Source: Gemmatimonadota bacterium (GTDB lineage Bacteria; Gemmatimonadota; Gemmatimonadetes; Gemmatimonadales; GWC2-71-9). From it: a stretch of 64,000 nucleotides of DNA. Every line of letters starts with the position of its first letter. The first letter of the stretch is position 1. Below the pieces are notes generated by a model. It was given only the letters and a program-made list of their open reading frames with translations, ran no database searches and was not told the DNA's origin. The position numbers and the translations under genes are program-made. The stretch covers positions 103,294-167,293 of the forward strand of contig PNAE01000006.1 in assembly GCA_003169895.1 (NCBI GenBank), given 5' to 3'. Below, piece by piece: positions 38,735-51,255 of this stretch.

Positions 38735-39415
38735 TCAGGCTCCCGTGCTGTAGGTACGGCCGCTCAGGTCTTCGACGAGCTCACCCTTGAACACCCAGAC
38801 CTTCACCCCGATGGTGCCGTAGGTCGTCTTGGCCGTGCCCGTCGCATAGTCGATGTCCGCGCGCAATGTGTGCAGCGGTACGCGGCCCTCGCGGTAACCT
38901 TCGACGCGCGCGATCTCCGCACCGCCCAGCCGGCCAGCCGCCCGTACCCGGATGCCCTGCGCGCCCATGCGCATCGCACTCTGCACGGCGCGCTTCATCG
39001 CCCGGCGGAACGAGATCCGCTGCTCGAGCTGTGCCGCGATGTTGTCCGCCACCAGCTTGGCCGACAGTTCGGGGCGCTTGATTTCCTCGACGTTGACCGC
39101 CACTTCACGGGTCAGGTGCATCTGGCGTTCGAGCACCACGGCCAGTTCCTCCCGCAGCTTGTCGACCTCGGCGCCGCGCTTGCCGATCACCACGCCAGGC
39201 CGGCCGGTATGGATCGTCACGGTCACCTTGCCCGGCTTGCGCTCGATGTGCACCTCGGCGATCGCCGCGTGCCCCAGCCGCTTCTGGATGTAATCGCGGA
39301 TCAGCCGGTCCTCGGCCAGCAACGTCGGCATGTCCTTCGCCGACGCGTACCAGCGCGATAGCGCCTGCTTGCTGATGCCGAGCCGGAACCCGACCGGATG
39401 CGTCTTCTGGCCCAT
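38735..39415 (-). CDS. rpsC: 30S ribosomal protein S3
   Basis: [23 protein letters not shown] and [11 protein letters not shown] motifs. Confidence 0.98.
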   Translation of the reverse strand: MGQKTHPVGFRLGISKQALSRWYASAKDMPTLLAEDRLIRDYIQKRLGHAAIAEVHIERKPGKVTVTIHTGRPGVVIGKRGAEVDKLREELAVVLERQMHLTREVAVNVEEIKRPELSAKLVADNIAAQLEQRISFRRAMKRAVQSAMRMGAQGIRVRAAGRLGGAEIARVEGYREGRVPLHTLRADIDYATGTAKTTYGTIGVKVWVFKGELVEDLSGRTYSTGA

Positions 39416-39771
39416 TACTTCGCTCCCTTTGTCGCCACGGCGATGTGAACGTGGCTCGTCCGCTTCTTGATCGGCGTGGCCCGCCCCTGCGCCGCTGCCG
39501 TGAAGCGCTTCAGCGGCGAGCCCATCTGGATCTGGGCATCGATCACCACGAGGTCGTCGACGTCGAACGACTCGTTGGCCTTCTGCGCGTGTTGCTCGGC
39601 ATTCGCCACGGCCGACTTGAGCGTCTTGGCGATCTGCTTCGCCGCCAGTTTCTTGTTGAACTGGAGGATGGCGTACGCCTCGTTGACGTTCTTGCCGCGG
39701 ATCAGGTCCATCACCAGCCGCATCTTGCGCGGCGATTGCCGGACCGATCGCTGGATCGCGCGTCCCTGCAT
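39415..39771 (-). CDS. rplV: 50S ribosomal protein L22
   Basis: [21 protein letters not shown] and KRTSHV motifs. Confidence 0.96.
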   Translation of the reverse strand: MQGRAIQRSVRQSPRKMRLVMDLIRGKNVNEAYAILQFNKKLAAKQIAKTLKSAVANAEQHAQKANESFDVDDLVVIDAQIQMGSPLKRFTAAAQGRATPIKKRTSHVHIAVATKGAK

Positions 39772-39772
39772 A

Positions 39773-40063
39773 TCAGACCGCCTTCGCCTTCTTGTCGACG
39801 ACCAGCTTGCCGCTGTGGCCGCGGAACAGTCGGGTCGGGGCAAATTCCCCGAGCTTGTGACCGACCATGTTCTCCGACACGTACACGGGCACGAACTTGT
39901 TGCCGTTGTGCACCGCGAAGGTGTGGCCGACGAACTCGGGCAGGATGGTGCTCGCCCGGCTCCAGGTCTTGATGACCTTCTTCTCGTTCTGCTCGTTGAG
40001 GGCCGCGACCTTGTCCGCCAGTGACTGCAGGACGAAGGGGCCCTTCCGGATGCTGCGTGCCAT
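39773..40063 (-). CDS. rpsS: 30S ribosomal protein S19
   Basis: [15 protein letters not shown] and [13 protein letters not shown] motifs. Confidence 0.98.
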   Translation of the reverse strand: MARSIRKGPFVLQSLADKVAALNEQNEKKVIKTWSRASTILPEFVGHTFAVHNGNKFVPVYVSENMVGHKLGEFAPTRLFRGHSGKLVVDKKAKAV

Positions 40064-40902
40064 TACTGCGTCGCCTTCCCGCGCTTGCGGCCGCGCACGA
40101 TGAGTCGATTGGAAGCCTTCTTCCGCTTCCGCGTCTTCTTGCCTTCAGCCTTGCCCCATGGTGATACCGGCGGCCTGCCGCCGGACGACTTGCCTTCGCC
40201 ACCGCCCAGCGGATGATCGACCGGATTCATCGCCACACCACGCACGTGCGGGCTGCGACCCAGCCAGCGGCTCTTGCCGGCCTTGCCGATCGACAGCAGT
40301 TCGTGCTCCGCGTTGCCGACTTCGCCGATGGTCGCAAGACAGCGGGTGTGAATCAGCCGCGTCTCGGTCGACTTCAGCCGAAGCGTGACGTAGTCACCCT
40401 CACGAGCCACGACCTGGGCGCCGGTGCCAGCCGAACGCGCCATCACGCCTCCCTTGCCGATCTTCAGCTCGATGTTGTGCACCATCGTGCCGAGCGGTAC
40501 CTCACCCAGTGGCAGGGCGTTGCCGGTGCGGACGTCGCTTCCGGGACCGCTCACCACCGTGTCGCCCTGCTTCAACCCCGCGGGGTGCAGGATGTAGCGC
40601 TTCTCGCCATCGGCGTACACCAGCAGGGCAATGCGGGCGTTGCGGTTCGGGTCGTACTCGATCTCCGCGACCTTGGCGGGGACTCCGAACTTGTTGCGCT
40701 TGAAATCGATCTTGCGGTACATCCGCTTGTGCCCACCACCGATGTAGCGCGAGGTGATGTGGCCCTGGTTGTTGCGCCCACCGGACCGCTTGATCGGCTC
40801 CAGCAGGGATTTTTCCGGCGTGCCGCGCGTGATCTCTTCAAACCCGGAGACCGAGCGGAAGCGGGTGCCGGCGGTAATCGGACGAAATTGACGAATCGTC
40901 AT
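40063..40902 (-). CDS. rplB: 50S ribosomal protein L2
   Basis: GRNNQG, EYDPNR, ARSAG and [17 protein letters not shown] motifs. Confidence 0.98.
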   Translation of the reverse strand: MTIRQFRPITAGTRFRSVSGFEEITRGTPEKSLLEPIKRSGGRNNQGHITSRYIGGGHKRMYRKIDFKRNKFGVPAKVAEIEYDPNRNARIALLVYADGEKRYILHPAGLKQGDTVVSGPGSDVRTGNALPLGEVPLGTMVHNIELKIGKGGVMARSAGTGAQVVAREGDYVTLRLKSTETRLIHTRCLATIGEVGNAEHELLSIGKAGKSRWLGRSPHVRGVAMNPVDHPLGGGEGKSSGGRPPVSPWGKAEGKKTRKRKKASNRLIVRGRKRGKATQ

Positions 40903-40905
40903 GGA

Positions 40906-41193
40906 TCAGCTCTCAAAGACGGCGAGCGAGTCGCCCGGTCGGAGTGTCACGATCGCCTTCTTCCAGCGCGCGGAGACTCCGCGCGCCTGGCCCCGGATCA
41001 TGGCGTTGCGCCGCATCTGCATGGTGCGCACGCTGGTGACGGTGACGCCGAACAGCTGCTTCAGCGCCTCGCGAATCTGGCCCTTGGTCGCCTCGGGATG
41101 CACCTCGAACACGTACTCCTTGCGATCCTGCCATGCGGCGGAGCTCTTCTCGGTGATCAGCGGGCGAACCAGCACGTGATGCAGGTCGGCCAT
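40906..41193 (-). CDS. rplW: 50S ribosomal protein L23
   Basis: PLITEKS and WKKAIVTL motifs. Confidence 0.96.
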   Translation of the reverse strand: MADLHHVLVRPLITEKSSAAWQDRKEYVFEVHPEATKGQIREALKQLFGVTVTSVRTMQMRRNAMIRGQARGVSARWKKAIVTLRPGDSLAVFES

Positions 41194-42011
41194 CACTCAC
41201 TCGCTTTCTTGTGCTTGGGCGCCGACTTCTTGGCGGTCTTGGCCTTGGCGGTTTTCGCGGACTTCGCCGCCTTGGCGGGCTTGGCGCGCCGGGCCGGCTT
41301 CGCGACGGTCTTGCCGCTCTTCGTCGCCGCCTTCCGGGCGGCCGGCTTCGCGGCCCGCGGACGCGGCTGCCGGGCGGGCGCCTCACCGTCGGCCGCCGCA
41401 CCAGAACCCAGGGCCGCGCTCTCGATCACCAGCGCGTCGGCGCGCAGGATGTCGTACGCCGTCGCGTCGGTGAACGGGAGCACCTCGATGTGCGGCACGT
41501 TGCGGCCGCTGAGGTACACCGATGGCTTCGAACCGGCGGTGAGGATCAGCGTCTTCGTGTCCTGGAGCGCCAGCTTGGCCAGCAGGCCCAGCAGCGCGCT
41601 GGTCTTGGGCCGGTCCATTGCGAACGGATCAACCACGTGCAGCATGCCTTCGCGCGCTCGCGCATTGAGTGCCGAGCGGCGCGCCAGCTGGCGCACCTTG
41701 CGCGGAATGTCGGCGCGGTAATCCCGCGGAATCGGTCCGAACGCCGTGCCGCCGCCACGCCAATGGGGCGCCCGCGTGGAGCCCTGGCGTGCCCGGCCGG
41801 TGCCCTTCTGCTTCCACGGCTTCTGGTTGCCGCCGGAGACGAAGCTGCGACTCTTGGTCTTCGCGGTGCCCTGGCGCTGGTTCTGCAGATGAACCTTCAC
41901 CGCCTGGTGGAGCACGTCTTCATTGACGGCGCCGTCGAACGTGTCACCCGGGAGGGCGAAGCGCTGTGCATGTTTCGCCCCGCTGGCCGAATAGTGCGGT
42001 GCTTCAATCAT
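41193..42011 (-). CDS. rplD: 50S ribosomal protein L4 with Lys/Ala-rich C-terminal tail
   Basis: RQGTAKTK, KPWKQKGTGRARQGS and WRGGG motifs. Confidence 0.97.
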   Translation of the reverse strand: MIEAPHYSASGAKHAQRFALPGDTFDGAVNEDVLHQAVKVHLQNQRQGTAKTKSRSFVSGGNQKPWKQKGTGRARQGSTRAPHWRGGGTAFGPIPRDYRADIPRKVRQLARRSALNARAREGMLHVVDPFAMDRPKTSALLGLLAKLALQDTKTLILTAGSKPSVYLSGRNVPHIEVLPFTDATAYDILRADALVIESAALGSGAAADGEAPARQPRPRAAKPAARKAATKSGKTVAKPARRAKPAKAAKSAKTAKAKTAKKSAPKHKKASE

Positions 42012-42627
42012 GGCGGCTCTTCCCCCCCTGCTTCGCGACCGTGACGATGCCGTTCTTGGACCCCGGAATCGCGCCGCGCACGAATAGCAGATTACGCGCT
42101 GCATCGACCTTGACGACCGTCAAGCCAAGTTCGGTGTGCCGTTCCGCCCCCATATGCCCCGGCATCTTCTTCCCCTTGATCACGCGCGACGGGTCGGTGC
42201 CGGGCGAAATCGAGCCCGGCTTGCGGTGCCGCGTGTTGCCGTGGGTCGCCGGACCGCCGTGGAAGCCATACCGGTGCACCACGCCCTGGAACCCGCGGCC
42301 CTTGGTCGTCCCCGTGACCTTCACGAGGTCGCCCGCGGCGAAGATCTCCACCGTCACCGTGGCGCCCAGTGTCACGTCCGCGCCGTTGAGTGGGAACGAG
42401 CGCACCACTTGCGGCGCGAAATCGAGACCCGCTGCCCGCGCGTGACCGACTTCGGCGCGCGTCGCCCGCGCCGGCGTCTTCCTGCCCCAGCCAAGCTGCG
42501 CCGCCGCGTCGCGTACCTGCAGTACATGGCACGGGCCGGCTTCGATCACGGTCACCGGGACGGCGGTGCCATCCTCGGCGAACACCCGCGTCATGCCGAG
42601 CTTGCGGCCAATGAGTCCACTCGCCAT
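42004..42627 (-). CDS. rplC: 50S ribosomal protein L3
   Basis: GRKLGMTRVF, KGRGFQG, GKKMPGHMG and GAIPG motifs. Confidence 0.97.
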   Translation of the reverse strand: MASGLIGRKLGMTRVFAEDGTAVPVTVIEAGPCHVLQVRDAAAQLGWGRKTPARATRAEVGHARAAGLDFAPQVVRSFPLNGADVTLGATVTVEIFAAGDLVKVTGTTKGRGFQGVVHRYGFHGGPATHGNTRHRKPGSISPGTDPSRVIKGKKMPGHMGAERHTELGLTVVKVDAARNLLFVRGAIPGSKNGIVTVAKQGGKSRHD

Positions 42628-42629
42628 GG

Positions 42630-42938
42630 CTACTCGACCTTGATCTCGACGTCCACGCCAGCCGGCAGATCCAGCTTGGTCAGCGCGTCCATCGTCTGGG
42701 GCCGGGAGTCGTGAATGTCGAGCAGCCGCTTGTGCGTACGCAGCTCGAACTGTTCGCGGCTCTTCTTGTCCACATGCGGCGAACGCAGCACGGTCCACCG
42801 CTCCATCTTCACCGGCAGCGGAATCGGACCCGACACCTGCGCCCCGGTCTTTTCCGCCGTGCGCACGATGTCCGCCGCGGCCTGGTCGAGCACCACGTGG
42901 TCAAACGCCTTGAGGCGGATCCGGATCTTGCCTGCCAT
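42630..42938 (-). CDS. rpsJ: 30S ribosomal protein S10
   Basis: [16 protein letters not shown] and [14 protein letters not shown] motifs. Confidence 0.98.
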   Translation of the reverse strand: MAGKIRIRLKAFDHVVLDQAAADIVRTAEKTGAQVSGPIPLPVKMERWTVLRSPHVDKKSREQFELRTHKRLLDIHDSRPQTMDALTKLDLPAGVDVEIKVE

Positions 42939-42957
42939 TCAGAGTTCCTTTCTCATG

Positions 42958-44160
<1,203 letters not shown>

Positions 44161-44227
44161 TGCGTGATCCTCTGCTCGTGTTCGGTTCCGTGTGACACTG
44201 ACATCACTGCTGGTTGTTCGCTCGTCG

Positions 44228-46351
44228 CTATTTCCCGGCGGCTTTGCTAATGATCTGTTCCGCCACGGCCTTCGGCACTTCCTCGTAATGATGGAACTGC
44301 ATCGTGTAGGACGCCCGGCCCTGCGTCGCGCTGCGGAGCGAGGTCGAGTACCCGAACATCTCCGCCAGTGGCACCTGCGCGGCCACGACCTGCGACTCAC
44401 CGCGCTGGTTCATCGACCCGATCTTGCCACGCCGGCTGGAGAGATCACCAATGACCGAGCCGAGGAAGTCCTCCGGCGAGACTACTTCGACTTCCATGAT
44501 CGGCTCGAGGATCACCGGACCGGCCTGGCGCGCGGCTTCCTTGATCGCCATCGAGCCGGCGATCTTGAACGCCATTTCGCTCGAGTCGACGTCGTGGTAC
44601 GACCCGTAGACCAGCTCGGCCTTGACGTCCACCATCGGGTAGCCGGCGAGGATGCCGTTCTCCAGCGCCTCGCGCATGCCCGCTTCGGCCGGCTTGATGA
44701 ACTCGCGCGGCACGGTGCCGCCGACGATCTCGTCGACGAACACGAACCCCTTGCCGACTTCGCCCGGCTCGATGTTGATCACGACGTGGCCGTACTGACC
44801 CTTGCCGCCCGACTGGCGGATGAACTTTCCCTCGACGCCCTCGACGCGCTTGGTGATCGTCTCGCGGAACGCGACCTGCGGCCGGCCGACATTCGCCTCG
44901 ACCTTGAATTCGCGCTTCATCCGCTCGACCAGCACCTCGAGGTGCAGCTCGCCCATCCCGGCGATGATCACCTGGCCGGTCTCGGGATCGCTGCGCACGC
45001 GGAACGTCGGATCTTCTTCCGCGAGCTTCTGCATCGCGATCGACAGCTTGTCCTGGTCGGCCTTCGACTTCGGCTCGATCGACATCGAGATGACCGGCTC
45101 GGCGAACTTCATCGCCTCGAGAATCACCGGACGGGCGTCGTCACAGAGCGTGTCGCCGGTGCGGGTGTCCTTGAGCCCGATGGCCGCACAGATATCTCCG
45201 GCGAGCACCTCGGTGATCTCCTCGCGCTTGTTCGCGTGCATCTGCAGCAGGCGCGCGACGCGTTCCTTCTTGTCCTTGGTCGCGTTGTACACGTAGCTCC
45301 CCGCCTCGAGCTTCCCCGAGTAGACGCGAAAGTACGTCAGCCGTCCGACGAACGGGTCGGTCATGATCTTGAATGCCAGCGCCGCGAACGGTTCATCGTC
45401 CGACGGATGCGGTTCGATCAGCATGGACTCGTCGCCCGGCTCGTGACCCTTGATCGCCGCGACTTCGAGCGGCGACGGCAGGTAGTCGATCACGGCGTCG
45501 AGCAGCGCCTGCACGCCCTTGTTCTTGAAGGCCGCGCCGCACAACACCGGCACGAAGGCCATCGCCAGCGTCGCCTTGCGGATGACGCGGTGAATCTCGG
45601 CCTCCGTCAACTCGGTGCCGTGAAGGTACTTCTCCAGCAGTTCGTCGTCGAACTCGATGGCCGCTTCGATCGCGGCGTGCCGGGCGGCCTCGATCGCCTC
45701 GTGAAACTCGGCCGGCGCGTCGACCACCCGGAACTTCTTGCCCATCGACGCATCGTCGAAGATGTACTGGCGGCGCGAAATGACGTCGATGTGTCCGGTG
45801 AACGTCTCGCCGGTGCCGACGGGCAGCTGCAACGGGTACGACCGCTTGCTCAGGCGGTCGCGAATCATCGCGACGCACCGCTCGAAGTTGGCGCCGACGC
45901 GGTCCATCTTGTTGGCGAAGATCATGCGCGGCACGCCGTACCGATCGGCCTGCTTCCACACGGTCTCGGTCTGCGGCTCGACACCCGCCACGGAGTCCAG
46001 CAACGCCACCGCCCCGTCCAGCACCCGCAGCGAGCGTTCCACTTCCACCGTGAAGTCGACGTGCCCCGGCGTGTCGATGATATTGACGCGGTACTCGGGA
46101 CCCGACCCTTCCACATCACTCTCGCCGTGCCGCTTCCAGAATGCCGTGGTCGCCGCGGACGTGATGGTGATCCCACGCTCCTGCTCCTGCTCCATCCAGT
46201 CCATCGTGGCCGCGCCATCGTGGACTTCACCGATCTTGTAGTTCTTGCCGGTGTAGTACAGGATGCGCTCGGTCGTAGTCGTCTTCCCGGCATCAATGTG
46301 GGCCATGATGCCGATGTTCCGATATAGATCGAGCGGTGTCTGACGCGCCAT
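44228..46351 (-). CDS. fusA: Elongation factor G
   Basis: [27 protein letters not shown] and GMGELHL motifs. Confidence 0.98.
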   Translation of the reverse strand: MARQTPLDLYRNIGIMAHIDAGKTTTTERILYYTGKNYKIGEVHDGAATMDWMEQEQERGITITSAATTAFWKRHGESDVEGSGPEYRVNIIDTPGHVDFTVEVERSLRVLDGAVALLDSVAGVEPQTETVWKQADRYGVPRMIFANKMDRVGANFERCVAMIRDRLSKRSYPLQLPVGTGETFTGHIDVISRRQYIFDDASMGKKFRVVDAPAEFHEAIEAARHAAIEAAIEFDDELLEKYLHGTELTEAEIHRVIRKATLAMAFVPVLCGAAFKNKGVQALLDAVIDYLPSPLEVAAIKGHEPGDESMLIEPHPSDDEPFAALAFKIMTDPFVGRLTYFRVYSGKLEAGSYVYNATKDKKERVARLLQMHANKREEITEVLAGDICAAIGLKDTRTGDTLCDDARPVILEAMKFAEPVISMSIEPKSKADQDKLSIAMQKLAEEDPTFRVRSDPETGQVIIAGMGELHLEVLVERMKREFKVEANVGRPQVAFRETITKRVEGVEGKFIRQSGGKGQYGHVVINIEPGEVGKGFVFVDEIVGGTVPREFIKPAEAGMREALENGILAGYPMVDVKAELVYGSYHDVDSSEMAFKIAGSMAIKEAARQAGPVILEPIMEVEVVSPEDFLGSVIGDLSSRRGKIGSMNQRGESQVVAAQVPLAEMFGYSTSLRSATQGRASYTMQFHHYEEVPKAVAEQIISKAAGK

Positions 46352-46664
46352 AGCCATCCTATTGCAGGGGCGCAGCCATGCCGCGCCCGAACCGAATTCA
46401 TCGCGATGCCCGGGGGCGCCCTGCTGCGGCCCTGCCGCCCGTACGTCGTCCCAGCGAAAAAGCGGGGCGACCGGGCCGGGCCTGTGACAGCCCGCGGTAT
46501 CGCTCCGCGCCACGTCGGGACCGAGGCCCCTGACGAGGATTCTCCCTTGAGAATCCCGGCGATTGTCGAAGGACCAGAGGTGCGCGGACGTCGTCCCGCT
46601 CACGTGATCCAGATGTGCCCCGCAAGGGCATCCCGAGCGCTTACGGCGCGAGGAATCCCTTCAA
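46352..46664 (-). other. Unusually long, hairpin-rich rpsG-fusA intergenic region (candidate structured RNA)
   Basis: 313 nt; stems at 46368-46388, 46537-46556 and 46616-46630; 10-mer ACGTCGTCCC repeated at 46443 and 46588. Confidence 0.45.
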
Positions 46665-47135
46665 CTACCAGCGATAGTGCGCAAACGCCCGGTTGGCTTC
46701 CGCCATCCGGTGCGTGTCTTCCTTCTTCTTGATGGCGTTGCCCTCGCCCTTCGACGCCAGGACCAGTTCGGCCGCCAGGCGCTCGGCCATGGTCTTCTCG
46801 CCGCGATCGCGCGAATAGCTGATCAGCCACCGCATTGCCAGCGCCGTGCGCCGCTCCGGCCGCACTTCCACCGGAACCTGCAGCGAGGCCCCGCCGACGC
46901 GACGGCTCTTCACCTCGACGGCCGGCTTGACGTTGTTGACCGCCTGCTTGAAGACCGCAACACCCGGCTGGCCGGTGCGCTCTTCGATCATGTCCATCGC
47001 CTTGTAGAAGATGCCCTCGGCGAGGGACTTCTTCCCTTCCGTCATCAGGTTGCTGACGAACTTGGACACGGTCTGACTATCGTAGCGCGGATCGGGGGGA
47101 ACGACACGCTTGACGGCCTTGTTCCGGCGACTCAC
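46665..47135 (-). CDS. rpsG: 30S ribosomal protein S7
   Basis: [16 protein letters not shown] and [15 protein letters not shown] motifs. Confidence 0.98.
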   Translation of the reverse strand: MSRRNKAVKRVVPPDPRYDSQTVSKFVSNLMTEGKKSLAEGIFYKAMDMIEERTGQPGVAVFKQAVNNVKPAVEVKSRRVGGASLQVPVEVRPERRTALAMRWLISYSRDRGEKTMAERLAAELVLASKGEGNAIKKKEDTHRMAEANRAFAHYRW

Positions 47136-47533
47136 TTCTTGGCTCCCTTGGCGGCAGCGCCAGCCTTGGGCTGCTTGGCACCGTACTTGGAGCGACTCTG
47201 GCGGCGGTCATTGACGCCGGCGGCGTCGAGCGTACCGCGCAGGATGTGATATCGCACGCCTGGCAGATCCTTCACGCGCCCGCCGCGGATCATCACGATC
47301 GAGTGTTCCTGCAGGTTGTGACCCTCACCCGGGATGTAGGCGATCACTTCGATGCCGTTGGTCAGGCGAACCTTGGCCACCTTGCGCAGCGCCGAGTTCG
47401 GCTTCTTGGGCGTGGTGGTGTAGACGCGCGTACAGACCCCGCGCTTCTGCGGGTTCTGCTGAAGATGCGGCGCCTTGCCCTTGTAGTTGGCATCGCGGCG
47501 GCCGTGACGGAGCAACTGATTGATCGTCGGCAT
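47132..47533 (-). CDS. rpsL: 30S ribosomal protein S12
   Basis: [18 protein letters not shown] and [12 protein letters not shown] motifs. Confidence 0.98.
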   Translation of the reverse strand: MPTINQLLRHGRRDANYKGKAPHLQQNPQKRGVCTRVYTTTPKKPNSALRKVAKVRLTNGIEVIAYIPGEGHNLQEHSIVMIRGGRVKDLPGVRYHILRGTLDAAGVNDRRQSRSKYGAKQPKAGAAAKGAKK

Positions 47534-47589
47534 ACATCCCAATGTGAAGACAAGCCCCGTCACCGGGGCCCTAAATGGCACAGACACGC

Positions 47590-47618
47590 AAGATAGAGGG
47601 CTGAAGCAGGACGGTCAA
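47590..47618 (-). promoter_or_regulatory. Sigma70-type promoter of the str/S10/spc cluster
   Basis: Minus strand TTGACC-N17-TATCTT, 56 nt upstream of the rpsL ATG. Confidence 0.7.
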
Positions 47619-47700
47619 CTCTGCCATTCGACAGGTAGTGTCAGCTGCAAGGCGGACTTGGGCGGCGCCGGCGATGCGGTTGACCTGCTGGCGTTTCGCG

Positions 47701-49314
47701 TCACCCCGAGACCGCCCCCGCCACGTCATCCTCGTCTTCCACCCGGAGCGTCAGCGCCGCGGCGAGCACGAGCGAGGTACCGCCGATCAGAAGGGCGTAA
47801 ATGGCCGCTCCGCCGAAGAAGCGCCCGACGACGAAGCCCAGGACGGCTGCCGCCACGATCTGGGGGATCACGATGAAGAAATTGAACACGCCCATGTAGT
47901 ACCCCATTTTCGACGGCGGCAAGGCTCCGGTGAGGATTGCGTAGGGCATCGAGAGGATGCTCGCCCAGGCGATCCCCACACCGACCATCGAGCCCAGCAG
48001 GTATCGAGCGTCCGAGAGGAAGAAGACGGAGAGGAGCCCCACCGCGCCGCAGACCAGGCAGATCGCGTGGGCGACCTTCCGGCTGGTCAACTTCGCCAGC
48101 ACCGGAATGGCGAACGCCACGATGGCGGCAACGCCGTTGTAGGCGCCGAAGCTGACCCCGACCCAGTTGGCCCCCTCGTTGTACAGCGCCGAGGTCGTGT
48201 CGGTGGTGTGATACACGTGGCTGGTCACCGCTGCGGTCGTGTAGATCCACATCGCGAAGAGGGCGAACCATGAAAAGAATTGCACCCACGCGAGCTGCTT
48301 CATGGTCCGCGGCATGTCCTGCAGGTCGTTCAGGATGGTGACGAAGCCGTTGTCGTAGCGGCCGCGCCGCTGCATGAGCCCGCTGGCGATCAGCAGCATT
48401 CCCCCGACGGCCACCACCGCCGAGAGAATCATGACCTGATAGATGGCCTGGCTGGCCAGCCAGAGGCTGAGGGCCGCCCCCGCGGCCAGCAGGATTCCGC
48501 CGAGACGGATCTGGCGACCGCCGTTGGCCGCATACTCGTCCGCCGTCCGTTTCGCCCGCGCGAATTCCTCCCGCGCATGGTTCTCCTCGAAGGAGCCCAT
48601 CTGCTCGGGCGAGTACTCTTTCGACCGCATGACGGTCCATAACACCGCGAGGAAGAAGACCGCAGCGCCGATATAGAACGAGAGTCGCACCGAGTCGGGG
48701 ATCACGTGAGGGGGCGCTGAGTTGGCCACGCCGAACTGGGTGGTGAGGAGCCAGGGGAGAATGGACGCCACGACTGCGCCGGTGCCGATGAGGAAGCTCT
48801 GCATGGCGAATCCGGTCGTGCGCTGTTCCGACGTGAGGTTGTCACCCACGAAGGCGCGGAACGGCTCCATCGAGATGTTGATGGAAGCATCCATGAGCCA
48901 CAGGACGCCGGCCGCGACCCACAATGCCGGCGAATTCGGCATGGCCAGCAGCGCCAGCGAGGCGAGAATGGCGCCGACGAGAAAGTACGGACGTCGCCGA
49001 CCCAGCCGGTTCCAGGTGCGATCGCTGAAGTAGCCCACGATCGGCTGGACCACCAATCCGGTCACCGGAGCGGCAATCCACAGGATCGGAATGTTCTCCA
49101 CCTTCGCCCCGAGCGTCTCGAAAATCCGGCTCACGTTCGCGTTCTGGAGCGCGAACCCGATCTGGATCCCGAGGAATCCGAAACTCATGTTCCAGATTTC
49201 CCAGAACGTCAGTGTCGGCTTGGGACGGAGGAGCTCCGTAGCCGTCTGCATGGGGCTGTGGGCCATGTCGCGGGGCACGGGCGATCCGGAAGGATTGGAT
49301 TCCATGGGGGCCAA
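47701..49314 (-). CDS. MFS maltose/maltooligosaccharide transporter (MalT-like, GPH family)
   Basis: IWNMSFGFLGIQ, SDRTWNRLGRRRPY, MEPFRAFVGD, WASILSMPY and FNFFIVIPQ motifs. Confidence 0.9.
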   Translation of the reverse strand: MAPMESNPSGSPVPRDMAHSPMQTATELLRPKPTLTFWEIWNMSFGFLGIQIGFALQNANVSRIFETLGAKVENIPILWIAAPVTGLVVQPIVGYFSDRTWNRLGRRRPYFLVGAILASLALLAMPNSPALWVAAGVLWLMDASINISMEPFRAFVGDNLTSEQRTTGFAMQSFLIGTGAVVASILPWLLTTQFGVANSAPPHVIPDSVRLSFYIGAAVFFLAVLWTVMRSKEYSPEQMGSFEENHAREEFARAKRTADEYAANGGRQIRLGGILLAAGAALSLWLASQAIYQVMILSAVVAVGGMLLIASGLMQRRGRYDNGFVTILNDLQDMPRTMKQLAWVQFFSWFALFAMWIYTTAAVTSHVYHTTDTTSALYNEGANWVGVSFGAYNGVAAIVAFAIPVLAKLTSRKVAHAICLVCGAVGLLSVFFLSDARYLLGSMVGVGIAWASILSMPYAILTGALPPSKMGYYMGVFNFFIVIPQIVAAAVLGFVVGRFFGGAAIYALLIGGTSLVLAAALTLRVEDEDDVAGAVSG

Positions 49315-49317
49315 GTC

Positions 49318-51255
49318 TCAGGTTCGGGGAGTCGCGCGGGTCACCGGTGTTGCCGTCCGGACTTCGTCGAGGCGGGTCAGATACGCATCCACCACGGGAT
49401 CGGTCATGATGTCGTCCAGCAGTCGGCTCATGGGGCGCTGCCAATTCGGGCGCACCGAGGACGATGTCCCGGGGAGATTCACTGCTCGATCCTCGAGCCA
49501 GAGATCCTCGAGCCAGGCGACCACCAGCGGGCTCGCAGACCGGCCAAGCCACTCCAGAAGGTCGGCCAGAAATGCGCGGGGTTCGACTCCGCGGTGACCC
49601 AACCGCCTGGCGAGGCGTCGCACAGCGAGCGAGCGCGCCTTCGCGGCGCCCGCGGCCGCCTCCGTCGCCAGCAGTCCATATCGGATTCGATCGGCGATGT
49701 CGTTGCCGGCGAGCCACCCCGCGAACGTGGGTGTGTCGTGCGTACCAACCATTGCCACGTCGTCGGCTGTCGGAGCGGCAACATCGTCGACCCTCAAAAC
49801 CTCGAACTGCGCGAGGTACATCCCCCAGATTCGATGGCGCGGTAGCGCCGCATCGATTTCGGGAGGAACAGTTCCCAGATTTTCGCCGACGACCTCACAC
49901 CGGTTGCGGTCCGACTCCAGGCACAAGACCGCGAACAGCTCCTCGGCGGGATACGAAACGTAGGTCCCTTCGTGCATTCCGAATCCGTGGGGAATCCAGT
50001 ACAATCGCGTCCACGCCATGATGTGGTCCACGCGAAGCACGCCCGCGAGTCCCGCCTGGAGTGCAATGGATGCGGCCAGGTATCGATGACCCTCGCGGCG
50101 GGACACCTCGGGAAGCACCGGAGCGAAGCCCCAGTCCTGTCCGCTCGGGAAGCCTTTGTCGGGCGGCGCGCCCACCGACATCCCGTCGGCAAAGAGGGTC
50201 TGGCGGGACCACGGGTCGTAACCGTCCGGGTGGACGCCCACCGCCAAGTCGAGCCCCAGGCGAATCCCGTCGTGCTCCAGATGCTGTCGCAAATCGTGGA
50301 GTTGCCGGCGCACCAGCGTCTGGGCCACGAGGTGGAAGCGCTCCACCTCGGCATCGACGTGGTCGGGCGCCAGCGTTCCGGCCCGAGCCTTGGTCGGCCA
50401 GACCCGCCAGTTCCGCCCGAGTCGAGCCTGCGCACCACGGTAACGCGCGTAGCGGACCAGCTCCTCGTCCAGCGACGACGGGTGCGGAGCCGGGTGTCCC
50501 GCCAGCGCCGCACGAACCTCGGCGTCTGCCCGGGTTACGTCCAAGGTGGTGGGGAGGGCCGATGGCCGATGGGCATCCTTCAGATCGAGAATCAGCTCGG
50601 ACCAGAACAGGCGGCTCACCGGGGAGTACGGGCTCGGCTCCGGCGGCTCCGAGTTGAAGGTGGGAAGCAGGGGGAGGACCGTGACCAGATCTCCGCCGCG
50701 ATCGTGCACCCAGCGGCAAAGCGACTGGAGGTCCCGCAGGTCGCCCACGGAACGGCTGCGCGCCGAGCGGAGGGCGGCGAGTTGCGTGCTGACCCCCCAG
50801 CTCCGATGCGACCCTGGCCGACGCCAGGCTCTTGCCGGCGCGGCGATGATTGTGCACGCCTCCCGCCGGCCGTCGCCTTCGACCGTGAGGCGGTGGTAGC
50901 CGAACGGAAGCGGCCGCGTCGCTCGAAACTCCGCGCCGACACTCTCAAGCGGGACAACTGCTCCGTCGGCGAGATGCAGCTCGGCGTGTTTGGGGCCTCG
51001 ACCGGAGATCGCGAGGTGCGGCAGCGCACCTTCCCAGGCGACGAGGACGGGCGGCAGAAATCGGGTGTTCCTGGCTGCGCGGTGCGCTTGCAATGCTGCG
51101 GCGGCATCACTGGGGCTGGCGATGGGGGCTCCCAGCGCGGCGCAGACCCGCACCAACGTCTCCGGGCCGACCGCGACACGCTTGCCAAGGCCGTCGGTAT
51201 AGCGGGTGTGGACACCCATCGCCTTGGCGAGAGATCGCAGGGCCGTCAGCGTCAT
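49318..51255 (-). CDS. malQ: 4-alpha-glucanotransferase (GH77, amylomaltase)
   Basis: SPYSPVSRLF, DLAVG, GAPPD, GQDWG, LRVDH, GENLG, GTHDTPT and NLPGT motifs. Confidence 0.92.
   Translation of the reverse strand: MTLTALRSLAKAMGVHTRYTDGLGKRVAVGPETLVRVCAALGAPIASPSDAAAALQAHRAARNTRFLPPVLVAWEGALPHLAISGRGPKHAELHLADGAVVPLESVGAEFRATRPLPFGYHRLTVEGDGRREACTIIAAPARAWRRPGSHRSWGVSTQLAALRSARSRSVGDLRDLQSLCRWVHDRGGDLVTVLPLLPTFNSEPPEPSPYSPVSRLFWSELILDLKDAHRPSALPTTLDVTRADAEVRAALAGHPAPHPSSLDEELVRYARYRGAQARLGRNWRVWPTKARAGTLAPDHVDAEVERFHLVAQTLVRRQLHDLRQHLEHDGIRLGLDLAVGVHPDGYDPWSRQTLFADGMSVGAPPDKGFPSGQDWGFAPVLPEVSRREGHRYLAASIALQAGLAGVLRVDHIMAWTRLYWIPHGFGMHEGTYVSYPAEELFAVLCLESDRNRCEVVGENLGTVPPEIDAALPRHRIWGMYLAQFEVLRVDDVAAPTADDVAMVGTHDTPTFAGWLAGNDIADRIRYGLLATEAAAGAAKARSLAVRRLARRLGHRGVEPRAFLADLLEWLGRSASPLVVAWLEDLWLEDRAVNLPGTSSSVRPNWQRPMSRLLDDIMTDPVVDAYLTRLDEVRTATPVTRATPRT

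Noticed and set aside
46352-46603. 84-aa N-terminal extension of EF-G suggested by the ORF track
   Set aside because: EF-G homology starts at MARQTPL (46351); the upstream part is low-complexity and hairpin-rich, better explained as non-coding.
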